Shown here piece after piece: positions 46,720-59,229 of a stretch of DNA of 64,000 bases. The stretch lies in NCBI GenBank assembly GCA_008632985.1, contig QPGO01000054.1:343050-407049 (forward strand), written 5' to 3'. Origin of the DNA: Psammoneis japonica. Its lineage: Eukaryota. The first letter of the stretch is position 1, and the number at the start of each line of letters is the position of its first letter. The notes below the pieces were generated by a model. The model was not told where the DNA came from. It saw only the letters and a program-made list of their open reading frames with translations, and made no database searches. Position numbers and translations under genes: made by a program.

Positions 46720-48567
46720 TTATTGCATGTTCTGCTTTATTTCCCCCTTATCGACATCTTTCTCGCCCCCCTCTCTGTCTTTTGTTTCGTCCTGCCTTTT
46801 TTCTTTGTCGACCTCTGCTTCTTCTGCATTGTCGACCTTGGTGTGCTTTGTTCCGTACAATGACCTCTTTCGCATTTCCCGAAAGGAATGCACACTCGCT
46901 TTCATGTATGCATTCATTGACCTCGCATGGTTTTTGCGTTCTTCCTCCATTTTCTCCTTGAGCGCAGCAATTTCAGCTGCGTGATTCTTTTTCAATGCCT
47001 TAATGTCTTGGTCATATTGAAGCTTGACGTCCTTTCTTATTTCTGCGCGGAGCTTGGCTTCATCTTGCTTCTTTGTTTTCCCGTCCTTTTTGCTGGGTTG
47101 GCTAGTAGTAGTAGTCGACGTGCCGGCTGCTTCGGTGACGCTGGTGGAAGATGAAAAACGCTTGACAATGCGTTCGTGGCGAGACTGACATTCCTTCATT
47201 GTGGCTTGTACGGCCAGCTGTGTCGATTGTCGCTCGTGAACCAATACCTCCTTTGCCACCACATACAGTTGGCTTTTGCCGATTGCGTATTTGTGTTCGT
47301 CGTTGTTCGACGGCTGTTTTAGAATCACCTCCAGGATTCTGGATGCCAATTTCTCAATCTGCTGCGGTGTTATCTTTTGGCCTGCAGTAGAGAGAGTAAA
47401 CAAAAGATAACGTCAGTCAATAACTTAAACAAGAGAAGGAGTACAAAACTTAAAAAAAAAAAGTCCAGACTTACGTTTCAAGGTCTCCCGAACGTATGGC
47501 CCAGCAATCTTTGGAAGAGCTTTGTCTGTAAAAATTGCGGGATGCGAGCGTTTGGCTCCCGAGGCAGGACGAGGATGTGTTGTTCCATCCTCTGCACGCG
47601 ATCGCTGAGAATGGTGCGTACCGCGGGCCTCGGCTGCAGCCAAGGAGTCCTTAGAAGCAAGTGGTGGCTGATACGATGCCTCTTCCGACGTCTCACGGTG
47701 CGTGCGTGATTGCTGAGAACGGTGCCTCTCGGATGCTGTAAAGGATTCCTTAGAAGCAAGTGGTGGCTCAAACGATGTCTTTTCTGAAGTCTCGCGGTGG
47801 GCGTGGGAGTTATGGTCATGCTGTGGTACCTGTTCTGAAGAAGCACGTCGTTCCCCAGAATAACGAGCTTTCTTCCTTGAATGAATATGGGCGGCTGCTG
47901 CGGCATTAACAGGTGGAAATCCAGAAATCGCTGAACGATCATATGTTTGGGCTAGGGGCACAAATTGCCTATCTGCTTCTTTCTCTTCATCACTATCATC
48001 AATGGTAATGACTTGAGCAGGTGGGTATTCCTCGCCGGTTCCCAAATGCGAGGCCAATATTTGACGTTGCGCAGCCACCGCTAATGCTGTTGTTGCTGCA
48101 GAAGGGACGGGAACAACAACCGGAACGCCCCTTACCGCATACCCCATTTGTTGATACATTGCAATCTGTTGAGCGACCAGATTATTATTGGAAAGGGCAC
48201 CATCCTCCTCTTCAAAGTGCAATGCGTCTTCCCCTTCAGCCCCGAGCTGTGGTTGAGCAGCAGCAGCAGCGGCGGCAGCTCCGTACAATTCCGGATGACT
48301 CTGCTGTAATCCCCGCGCTGTCTCCAGAAGCTGTTGCTGTTGCTGCTGATAGGCTAACGCTTCGGTCCAAGATGCCGCCGGAGTTGGTAGATACAACTGC
48401 GGCAGTTGAGCAGCAGCAATCGCGGCGGCAGCGGCCTGATGATTTTGCGTGAAACGTTGCGCTGGATCTACAGAATAAAATGGAAGCGCCGGATTCGCCA
48501 CTGCGTCAGGGTCATGTCCACCATCATTCCCCACATCGTGTGGAGCGCCCAACAAGCGAGGGTCCAT
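46720..48567 (-). CDS. Gln/Ala-rich low-complexity protein with C-terminal coiled coil, 2 exons
   Basis: Phase-1 intron 47382-47474 joins TLKR|QKITPQQ; internal duplication HRETSExxSxxPPLASKxS. Confidence 0.7.
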
Positions 48568-49051
48568 AGTCAACGCTCGCTCGCTTTTCGCCTTGTTGTG
48601 TGCTCAAGAATGATGTATGATGTTGTACAGTAAATTTGCTGTGTTCGTTGGTACAGTACGTTCGTTGTCGTCGTTGCCCAATTGAGCCCTACATAGTCCG
48701 TTGAGTCATCTCATTTCCGTTAGGGAATAAATTCGGGCAATTGGGAAAGAATTGTTGATACCGAATCGGGTTCAACGTACCGTTCGTACGACTAAATATA
48801 GTACAAAAACGCGATAGTGATACAAAAGAGTACCGTATTCCGCGTTGTCAGCTTCCGGTCTCTACAGCTCGGGCGCCTGCTTCGTATTCGAGAAGCACAC
48901 GCAAGAACCAAGAACGGGTTTCTTCCATCTGCTGTTCTGCTGTCTGCTGTCGATCCAACAAGATTCAAGATACAGTCGACGATAAAACAGTGTGAAGACT
49001 CGCTCGAGATATGCTCACTCTGTTCTGAAGGTGCTGACAATTCTTAAGAAA

Positions 49052-50692
49052 ATGAAGTTGGTTTTGTTACATGTTTGTAGCGTAGCAACGGCGTTTCTTT
49101 CTCCAAAGACGACACGTCGTGCTTTCCCATCTGCTTTGTTTTCCAATGACAGACACAGAAACTTAGCATTACTGTACTTATCGTCAGACACCATACCAGA
49201 TGACGACGATGAGGATGGTGTCTTTTTTGATGACTTTGATTTTGTCATTGGCGGTGAATCATCTCAACAACAAGAAGTGAAAGAACCGTCGGTGCTTCAG
49301 GAGCGAATCCAAGAATTTCAAAAAGAAGAAATCCGCAAGGATGCTCAGTTAGCCAAGAATTGGAAGTGCGGAAACTGGAAGGTTCGAGGCTTTAGTTTGG
49401 ACCAGTTTGACCCAACAGCTGAGGCGAGTAGCACCAAGCCAATCCAGATTTCACATGTTGCTATGGATCCAACGTCCAATGATCGGATCGCGGTGGCACG
49501 AACGGATGGAAGTATATGTTTGATCACCTTGGGGACCGAGTATTTGGCAAAGTTTACTTCTAAATTGACCGCGTCTGCCAAGGATGATTTCTCTGTAGAG
49601 ATTGGTTCCAAACTTGTTCGAGACGACGAGATTAAGTCATTGGAGGCGGATGACGATGAAGCGCCGCAAGACATTGGAACAACGCCCTTTGACATTACAC
49701 ACCAATTTGTTGCGCACAAAGATTCACCCATATCAGCTCTATTGATTGACAACGATATAATGTACACTGCAGCAGAAGGAAGTTCAGAAATCAAAGTGTG
49801 GACTTTACCCGAGGACGAAGACGAGCGGGCGATTCAACAATGCAGTCTAGCTGATGGACATGCCGGAACAGTTAATTCCATCAAGTCGCTTAATGTTGAT
49901 GGTGATGCAGGAATATCAAACGAACATAACATGGTTCTTTCTACAGCGAGCGACGGTAGCTTTGCTGTATGGGATGCCAAGAAAGGAGAATTGTTACTCA
50001 GACACCAATTGACAGATGATGACGGAAACGACGTGTCTATTCTTTGTGCAGACGTGAACAAGGGCGTCCTCTATCTGGGGCTCTCGTCTGGTCACGTAGC
50101 AGGCTATGTGTTGAATGAACTTCTCGCAAGTGTAAAGGGAGACGAATCGCCGTCGTCAATTGAGCCAAGTTGTCGATTCCTTGCCTATGAACAAGATGGA
50201 GTATCCGCTATCCAGTGCACCGGTGACGGGACTCTTGGACGATCTCGACCAGGGGCCCAAAGCTTCATGCTATTGACGGGTGGTACAAACGGAATAGTGA
50301 AACAATGGGAAATGATCTCAAGAACACTATCCAATGACGAATCATCCGCTCCTCCTCGAACAAAGTTGGAGCATTGGCCTCGGTTGGCAAATCAACGAAT
50401 GCAGAAACGTGCGCACTTGTTTCAGGGTCATGGCCAAGGCGCCATTACAGCCTTGGCGTGCATTGATCCATCCAAATTTCTTTCCGCGGGAGTGGATGGC
50501 ACAGTACGAGCGTGGAGTCCAACAACCGGAAAGCAGTTGTTTTTTATGGATGGTTTTCTGGACGGAGGCGTAACGAGTTTGTGTTTGAATCATGACATGC
50601 TGATAACTAATGGAATGGATTCATACGTTTGTATCCATGACTTTGACGTGACAGAGACTGAAGTGGAAGATGGCTACGAAATGGAGTGGTGA
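49052..50692 (+). CDS. WD40-repeat protein, probably plastid-targeted
   Basis: GH...WD repeats (GHAGTV..VWD, GHGQGAI..AWS); signal peptide ending VATA-FL followed by a basic/Ser-rich transit-like stretch. Confidence 0.82.
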   Translation: MKLVLLHVCSVATAFLSPKTTRRAFPSALFSNDRHRNLALLYLSSDTIPDDDDEDGVFFDDFDFVIGGESSQQQEVKEPSVLQERIQEFQKEEIRKDAQLAKNWKCGNWKVRGFSLDQFDPTAEASSTKPIQISHVAMDPTSNDRIAVARTDGSICLITLGTEYLAKFTSKLTASAKDDFSVEIGSKLVRDDEIKSLEADDDEAPQDIGTTPFDITHQFVAHKDSPISALLIDNDIMYTAAEGSSEIKVWTLPEDEDERAIQQCSLADGHAGTVNSIKSLNVDGDAGISNEHNMVLSTASDGSFAVWDAKKGELLLRHQLTDDDGNDVSILCADVNKGVLYLGLSSGHVAGYVLNELLASVKGDESPSSIEPSCRFLAYEQDGVSAIQCTGDGTLGRSRPGAQSFMLLTGGTNGIVKQWEMISRTLSNDESSAPPRTKLEHWPRLANQRMQKRAHLFQGHGQGAITALACIDPSKFLSAGVDGTVRAWSPTTGKQLFFMDGFLDGGVTSLCLNHDMLITNGMDSYVCIHDFDVTETEVEDGYEMEW

Positions 50693-51239
50693 GGTTATTT
50701 GCTGCTCTTGTTAAAAGCGGAAGGCAGCGTCTCTGAAGGCGGACACACGTTTTGTAATATTATAGACTAGCAATCCAATGCGCATGCTCAAGATATCATG
50801 TAGGCTCCGAGATTCATAATACAACCAAATTGCCGAGACAGTCCCCGCGGCTCCAAAATGCAAGTCCACGATCGAAAGACATGTCCAGGCATCCCTCTCG
50901 ACATGCAAAGAGTCTTGTTTGGGCAGCTACGAGCACCGCTAGGCTAGGACGGAAAAGTGTTATCGGACAACGATCAGGGTTATAGAGTGTAAAGGACGAC
51001 TCTTTTGAACCAGACTACTCTAAACTATCTCTGTGAGTGAGAGATAAGACGCGTTGTGGGGCACCAAGTTTAGCACGCACATCTAGGGTGAAAAAACCCT
51101 CACACCAGCAAAAGTTGAAGGCTTGCCGGTCGGAGTGGAAAAAAATAAATCGCATCCTCGACAATGACCCGCGCACCGCCGTTCGTGTCATACGGCATTT
51201 TCGTTGACTTTCCTGTCAATCATGGTCTAACACCTTGTG

Positions 51240-53500
51240 ATGTGTTGGTTGATTGCTGACATGGCAGGTGCAGCATTGACGGTCGCCGTTTGCAACAGAG
51301 ATGATGTGAGTGGGGAGTTTGTTTTGACGTGGAATTTCTTGCACGGATGTCCACAGCATGGGGGCATCATTTTGTCATGACAAGTGCACCTTCAATTTCA
51401 GCACCAAGATTGTGGCAGATGATCTACATTGTTTGAATGTGACACAAAACTGATGAGATGATTTGATCCACATTTTGTGGTTTTTCAGCCTGTCCAACTG
51501 CACAGGCAACATGAGTGGCATGAGAGATGCAGACCAAATGAGGAAGGTCAGGGTCACCAGAATGAGGCACGTCATCTGTGACCACATTCTTGACACCAGC
51601 AAGATGCTTGCCAAGGGAGTCAATGCCAACATTCCCACAAATGCAAATGGCAGACCAAATGCAGCACAAGAGCCATTCATTGCCCCAAATGGCTGATCCA
51701 TCTGGGGGGAGGGGGCTGATGATGTGGCAGCTGTGCTCCCACAAACTCTTTGCACTTGGCATTCTTGAGAGAGTTGTTGATGGTCAGGCTGTGCTGGGAA
51801 GAACCTTCAGACCCCACCACAGGAGAAAAAGAGCCAGACAAAATTCTTCAATCTCATCAGAAGAAACATGCTGGACATGTCAGGCACCTCTTTTTGAGGA
51901 ACCTCCCGAGTGATGAAAGGAGTGACAAGCTCTTTCCCCACAAGAAAGGGGGGGGAGAGTTCAACAACAGAAACACCAATTGGGTCTGGAGACAAGAGAG
52001 AACACCTGTGCACCCAGGCTTGCAAGATGCCCGGCAATGTCATGGGCCCTGATGTTGACATCCTGGGAGTTGCAAGTCACCTGGTGGCAGTGGGGCATTG
52101 CACCAAGCTGAAAGGAAGGTTGGACAACACCTTGAATGTTGCTGAGCATGCTTGCAGCCAGCCACTTTAACTGAAGGTGACACTTCAATGATGGAGAGTG
52201 CTCCCCCAGATTGCGATGCAATCAAAGTCCTTGACACAGGCATTGAAGACAAGCCTGAAGTTGCCAGTTTTTGAGATGGCATCTGACGAATTGTGAGCAG
52301 CCACAATCATTGATGCACACAACCAACTTCTTGACAAACTCAGAGCCATTGCATTGCCAGAGCTGGGGTCAACAGAATGCTTGGAGATCCCACGACCCTC
52401 CACAATGGCAAAGCAGCAATGAGAGAGTGACCCATGTGCAGCATGGGCAGAAACAAAAACTGCGGATGACTTTGCCTCCCAGCCATTGACCCACCCAACA
52501 CCTCAACATGAACCACAATCCAAACCCTGCTGCCCATGTCCCTCCTGACATTTGCCATTTCCATTTCCTCTCTCTTTCCCTGTGGCCTCCCATGCTGTGG
52601 TCAGTTTTTGCTTGAAACCCTTGAGTGGCTGCACAACTTTTGCAACCAATTTGGTTCCAGAAGCAACTTTTGCAACAATTCACAAGCTTGGATGTGGCAA
52701 CTTCTTTGGCAACCCATGGCCACCGGCCCTTTGACTTTTGCTGCCCACAATCTTGGGTCCTGCAGCTTTTGCAACACACAGCCTTGGGTGTGCCCACAAC
52801 CCCCCTTGAAGGTGGCTGCAAGTTTCTTTCCAAGAAAAGCAGGAGACAGAGTCTGTCTTGAGGCCAGAGGCAGCTGAAGCTGGAGCTTGATTTTGCTGGG
52901 ATGGACACAGCACACCATGCTGCCAAAATTCCCACTCTGAGCATGGAAAACTCAGCGAGATGGTGAAAGAGAAAAAAAGGTGCTCCTGCTGGTGTGCCAA
53001 AGTGTGAGCGGCACTTGCACCGCTGACCCAGGCAACTCTTTGTTCATGTTGGCAACCACAAAAGTGATTTTTAGCATGATTGACATGAACCCAATTTGTC
53101 CAAGCTTGGCACGAAAGATGTGGTTTCTCAGCGACCATTTGCCGGGTGATGTGTCACTTCTGTCACTGGCAAACATGGCAAATGACTGACTTCATGACAA
53201 ACAACAACACCTGCATGCACGAATCAAACCCCAAAAGACTTGCAGGCATGCTTGCACACTGCTCCAGCCCCCAGCACCACTTCCGCCAGCCTCCAGAGCA
53301 GAGCCACACCACCTGCCCTTGGCCAGGTTGTTCCCAAGAACCGGTTGTCCATCCAGCCATCATGCCAGCCACAGCCACCCACCCACCATGCCGGTGAGGC
53401 CCCACCTGCCACACCACACCAGCCATCCAGCCAGGACCCGACTTTAGTGCACAATCCCTTGCCAGGCCAGGCCAGGCCAGGCCAGCCATCGCCAGGACCA
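51240..53500. other. TpA/CpG-depleted hypermutated domain 6 (unidentified relic) ending in (GCCAG)5
   Basis: About 3 TA in 2.2 kb (51425, 52168, 53445); gccag x5 at 53461-53485. Confidence 0.85.
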
Positions 53501-53685
53501 TGAAAAAGTAGAAGTACAGACGCCTTTAAGCTATAATGAATGACGTTGAAGTGACGTGTCGCTTCCGGAATTTTCGAGAAAAAAAATGATGGATCTTATC
53601 GGCGGCAAAGATACCGTTGCCGTTCGACGTTCGACGTTCGCATTTTTGGCGACCACACTTCTTGACACCATCCATCAACAGCAAC

Positions 53686-56148
53686 ATGGCGTCAAGTATG
53701 CTATCGGTGACATCGCGCTTGTCGTCTAGGGGACAGAAGTGGAGTCTTCTTGCGACTCGTTCGTTTGCTTCTGTTGGTCCCAACGGCGCACAGCATCGCA
53801 ACCATCAGAACAACAAAGGATCCGCCGCTACGTTTGCTGCAGCGGCGTTCTTCGGGTTGGCATCGGCGGGCGTGGTGACAGCCCTGGATGCTCATCATCA
53901 AAAAAGGCCTACTCAAAAGTATCCTTCGCCTCCACCGAATCCTATTCATGCCAAGGAGAGTCATCAGTCTGATTGTAAGTACATGAATTGAAGAATCAGT
54001 ATCCTGCTGTACGTTCTTGCCTTTCGATTCTCATCCCCTTCTCACTGCTGTGGTTCATCATGCCACGTGCTTAACAGACAATGACCCACCACCCCGCCCT
54101 GATTTGCCCATCATACCTTTGGAAGAAGTCGCCGAACATAGCGACGAAGACTCGCTCTGGTATGTTGCACACTCGTATTGACAAGAAAGACAGCAAAATA
54201 AGGCGAATTGACGCGACCCATACTTTGTTTGTTTTTCGTTCATTTCGTCTCTTCACTCACACTTCTTTGATCGAATCTTTACTTTATAGGTACACATTTC
54301 GAGGTGGCGTCTATGATCTCACCTTTTTTCTCAACGGCCATCCCGGCGGGACGCCTCGTCTTTTAATGGCGGCTGGACAAGACTTGGAACCCTACTGGGA
54401 AGTTTATCGCCAGCACTTGCGTGGACACGTGACTGCCTGGATGGAAAAGCATCGCATTGGCAGTCTTTCGCCAGAGGATGCTCAAAAGGTCAAGGACGAA
54501 GCAATGCAATTTGGTGACATGTGATCCAAACAATTTGCCCTGCACGCAAAAGCCGTGGTGCGGAGAACCTCGTATTGATCTTTTGACCAAGGACTACATT
54601 ACTCCAAACGAACTATTTTATGTCAGAAATCACTTGGCGGTCCCCGATATCGATCCAGAAGAATATGTTTTGGTAGTCAAGGGCAAGGGCATTAAGAAAC
54701 ACAAGTTCAGTTTGGAGGATTTAAAAACAAAGTTTCCAAAGCACGAAGTTGTCACCACGTTGCAGTGTGCCGGAAACAGACGCGAGGACATGCATAACGA
54801 TGATCACAAGATTTTCATTGCTCCTCACTGGGTTGGTGAGTACTCTTGCGTGTATTCTTTTTCTCGTGATGAATTAAAGTGACTTCTATACTCCTATTCT
54901 GACTCCAAAATTTCACGTTCTACAGTCGGCGCCATGAGTACCGCCAAGTGGGGAGGCGTCAAGATTCGAGATGTTCTAAAGCACTGTGGCATGGATGTGG
55001 ATGCCATGGCTCTAGGCGAGTCGAACCCGGAAGACATCAAGCACCTTCAGTTTGAAGGATACGACACGGACGAAACTGGCTTGTGCTACGGAGGTTCCAT
55101 TCCCATTGACAAGGCCGTCGATGGCTTGGGCGATGCCATTTTTGCGTTTGAAATGAATGGACAGCCGCTGCCCCGCGATCATGGTTATCCGTGTAGGGTG
55201 ATTGCGCCTGGGCACGCTGGAGCCAGTGAGTGAAATAATCGAGATGTTTTTCAGTGTGTGCTGTTCGTTTGTTCGTATTGCTGTGCGTAAGCTTTCATCG
55301 AGGGCATAGACTCACCGAAATTCGGTTTTGAGTAATGTTTGATTGTGACGGAAGTCAGAAATCGTTGCGCTTGATACTGAACATACCGTTTCGCTTTCTG
55401 CTTTCAAACAGGGCAGTGCAAGTGGCTGCACAAAGTGATTGTCAGCGACAAGGAATCACAAAAGTCGTGGCAACAAAAATCATACCGTGGATTTGCTCCC
55501 GACATTGATTTTGAAGAGGATCTTAGCCATTGGCCTCCGCCTCGGTTGGACCAGGCACCCATTGTTCAAGAAATGCCTGTGCAGTCCTTGGTGTGCAATC
55601 CTCCGCAAAACTCTCTCTTTGGAATGCGTGGAGCTACCGATATTACCGTAAAGGGCGTTGCTTGGTCGGGTGGAGGGAAAAAGGTGGAACGTGTCGATGT
55701 TTCCATTGATGGTGGCACGACGTGGACAGCTGCCGAACTCTACAAGCCAATCGAACAACGTCGCAACCGTCATTGGGCCTGGACGCAATTTTCAAAAACG
55801 CTTGCCTTGCCCGAAGACGTCCAGAAGCGTCTTGCCAAGGGTGAGCAGGTAAAGCTAGACATTACGTCCAAGGCTATGAATTCTGATTTCAATGTTCAGC
55901 CAGAAAAGATGGAACCATATTGGAACGCGCGTGGCGTCTGCATCAACCATTGGTACCATGTAAAGACGACGCTGGATCCCAATCGCGAAAAGGATTCAGT
56001 CGTCCATGACAATACCGAGGACGAATTTGCAAATACCCCATCTGGTGGCAAATTCGCTAGCGCTTGGGGGCAGCACGGTTGGACGACCGATCCCAAGCAT
56101 CAGAGTGACCCTCGTGCCCACATTGAGCCGGAAGCAGAGCATTTTTAG
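53686..56148 (+). CDS. SUOX: Sulfite oxidase (cytochrome b5 + Moco + dimerisation domains), multi-exon, apparent frameshift at about 54520
   Basis: GVYDLTFFLNGHPGG, FYVRNH, TLQCAGNRR, MNGQPLPRDHGYP, CKWL, VKGVAWSGGG, WNARG. Confidence 0.9.
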
Positions 56149-56703
56149 AGAACTGTATTGATAGTCTAACAGTAAAGAGTCTTAGTGTTTCTTTAGCTAC
56201 TACTTAGCATAAGGCACAATTCGGATCTTTATCAAAATGGGATCTACGCTAGGCAGGCACGGCGTGAATCTTTCGCGGTGGCTTTGTCCGTGACCGACTG
56301 CTATTGTCGACCTGGTGAAAACTCTTTTTGTGTGAAAAGATCGTTTATCGTCGATCGTATATGCCGGCAGCAACTGTTGTGTAACCCTTCAGATGCTACA
56401 CTCGTCCTATACAAGAGAGAGTCATGTCGCATGGCTTGATGTTACTGCATGCGGTTGTCGTGTCTTTGATGCTTCTCGAAATGAGCGGGACGAGAAACGC
56501 GCAGAAGCCTTTGGCAAAAGACTTACTGCTATAGCTAGTGGGGATAAAAGTGAAAATGGAATTATTTCACTGAGGCGCTCTAGAGGAGATGTTGAGGCAT
56601 TACAACAGATGCTGCATGGTCGCATGAACAGATATTTCCTACAGAAGATATTATGAATTGACATAAAACACCGATCCTTATTCGACAACAGAGAAGTCAA
56701 ATT

Positions 56704-58943
56704 TCAAACGCTGGAAATGTCGGATTGGACGCTGGCGGTGTCTCCCTTACTAGCAATGCTTCCGTTCAGAGACATGACTGACATTTCGGGATTCATGGTC
56801 AGCAAGGTGGCGTCTTTGGCGACGATTCGGGAGAGGTCCTCATTGTCGCTCTCCAAGTTTGCGTTCAAGCGCTCCAACAACGCAGTCATGGATCTCTCCA
56901 GGGGAGGAAACGCCATATTGAACTGATCTAAATGAGGCTTCAAGTCAGACTGGATCGAGTTGTCGCAAAAGATTTGACCAATGTCCGAAATATCCGACAT
57001 GAGCTTGCTCTCCTTGCACTCGCGTATATCCTCGGAAAGATCCGTGAGCCTTTTCGCCAGCGTTCCACACTTCTCACGGTGGGTCTTTTGCGCCGCCATT
57101 GCGGTTTTCTTGACAGCAGCAATGTCCTTGGTGGCAACCTTGAGAGCCTTTTCGATCTCCTTGAGTTCAGCCACGTTGGCCTCGTGGTCCAAGTCCAGCT
57201 GCCTGCCTTCCTCTTGGAGAGCCGTCTGCAGCGACCTGTCGTTGTTCATTTCTTCGGCGAACTTTTGCTTGAACTCATCGTAGTATTCCATCCCCTTAAA
57301 GGGACGCTCGACAAACATATAAACTTTGAATGGCTTGTCACGAGTCAGTTGCAGCGACAGCTCTTCTCCTTTGCTCACAGGAATAACTCCGCAATCATTG
57401 ACGTTCGTGTAGGAGTTGTAAAGGACCTTTTCGTGCTTTGTCATACGAATATCCTTGATGGATGACGGGATGAGCGAATTACCACGACCAATTATGCCCT
57501 TGAGCGCATTGTCATCGTCCTCATGCTCCATGATGAGGGTGAGTCGCTCAGTATTCTTCCCAGTCTTGTCGACACCATGAAGGTGAGCTTTGATGTTGAC
57601 CGAGTGCATGATTGGATCCCGCTTCCGCTTTGGAACGATTTCCCACGATGCATCACAGCGCATGGTGACGAAACCCTTGTCAACGAAATGTTTCCCAAAG
57701 AGCTCATTTTGCTTCTTATGCACGGCGAGAAGATCATCCAGGTGGCGAATGGTGTCATCAATGTTCTTCCTCGCGGCCGGGTAATGATCAATGGCCTTGT
57801 CGAGATCCCGTTGCTTCCGACACAGGTTTCTGAATGCTGCGATTGCTCCTCGCATTTCACGGTCAATCTTGGATGTCTCCATTGCCAGTTGAGACTGAAG
57901 GCGATCAAGGTCACCCTTTGAGATTTCGGAGTCGGCGACGAGTTTCGCTTGAACCTTGCGCACCATTGCAATATGCTCCACGCACATTTTGTTCAAAAGG
58001 TTTCCCGACGCTTCCAATTTATCAATCTTCCAGGAGCGAGCTCGAGGGATCGACTGTTGTTCCACTTCATCCGAACGAATCATTCCAAAGATCTTCTCCT
58101 GTAGCTCTTCCCTGCCATCTTCGTCAAGATCAACAAGAATATGACGATCACCGATGCGGTTCAAGAAAAGTCCCCCAAGATGTGAATCTTTGGAGATTGC
58201 TTTTGCCGTCTTCATCATGGTGTACTCGATTTTCTCGCTGTCCAAGTCGGGGTCTTCATTCTTCGTCAGAACAAAGTACAAGTGACCAATGGCGTTCCGG
58301 TATTGATCTCCGAACAGCAGAGAGAGGGGCTTGTGGTAGTGATGGATCAATGTCTCCACGCTTGTTTCAAAGATCTTTTGCGCTTCCAATACAACGACCA
58401 ACTTGGTTTTCGTCAAACGGGTCAAGAAGCACTTTTGGAGAATGTCAATTGTGACCTTCTTCTGGCGATTGTGCTCGGCAAATCCGGGCATGTCGCAGAA
58501 ATGCATGCCGTTGATAGTGTACACCTTGGGTACCACAGTAGTGGAGTTTGCCAAATGTCCAATGGCAATGCCCGAGATTTCACAGTACCGCTTGTTGTCC
58601 CCCGTCCGATTCGAAATGATCTCGACAAACTCCTCTTGCGATAAATCGCTGATGAGTCGAGCAATGGTTGTGGACTGCAGCAGAGGGACAGAAACAAATA
58701 CACAGTTTGAGCACAGATGCAAGGCTTCAGTAAAAGCTCATCATATCCTTCTCGAGGACGTACCTTGCCAGCCCCCGTGATTCCGAACGTCACATAGCAA
58801 ATAGCCTCGCTTCCGCGTCGCGTGTATTCGCTATCTTTCAGAGACTCGTCAAAGTCACGATAATGCTCTTTGAATTCTGCGACAAGCTCCTCAAAGTTAA
58901 TCGGCTCCTCCACTCTTTCGGTGGCTCCGTTGGTTTTGCACAT
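56704..58943 (-). CDS. P-loop GTPase-like protein with long coiled coils, 2 exons
   Basis: Splicing intron 58675-58763 restores G1 GITGAGK|ST; G3 DMPG; G4-like LTKNE. Confidence 0.78.
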
Positions 58944-59078
58944 GATTGACGAAAGCGCTCGGCTTGAAAAAGTGAGGCCAATGTGCGATGATTTGTGTTG
59001 CCGAGTCGATCATGATTAGAACAATGCACGAATCGATTCTTCGACCAAACAAGTAGACTTGTACTTGAAGTCGTCAGC

Positions 59079-59206
59079 CAGAAGCTGAGTCGATGCACGA
59101 ATCGGCTAACCAGAAGCTGATTCAATGAACGAATCGGCTGACCAAAAGCTGAGTCGATGCACGAATCGGCTAACCAGAAGCTGAGTCGATGCGCAAATCG
59201 GCTAAA
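59079..59206. repeat. 32-bp tandem array, 4 units, each an imperfect hairpin
   Basis: cagaagctgagtcgatgcacgaatcggctaac units at 59079, 59111, 59143 and 59175. Confidence 0.92.
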
Positions 59207-59229
59207 AGATCTGTACGAGCACCACTTCT

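Noticed and set aside
59079..59206. CRISPR array
   Set aside because: Units are contiguous with no unique spacers, there are no cas genes, and the context is eukaryotic.
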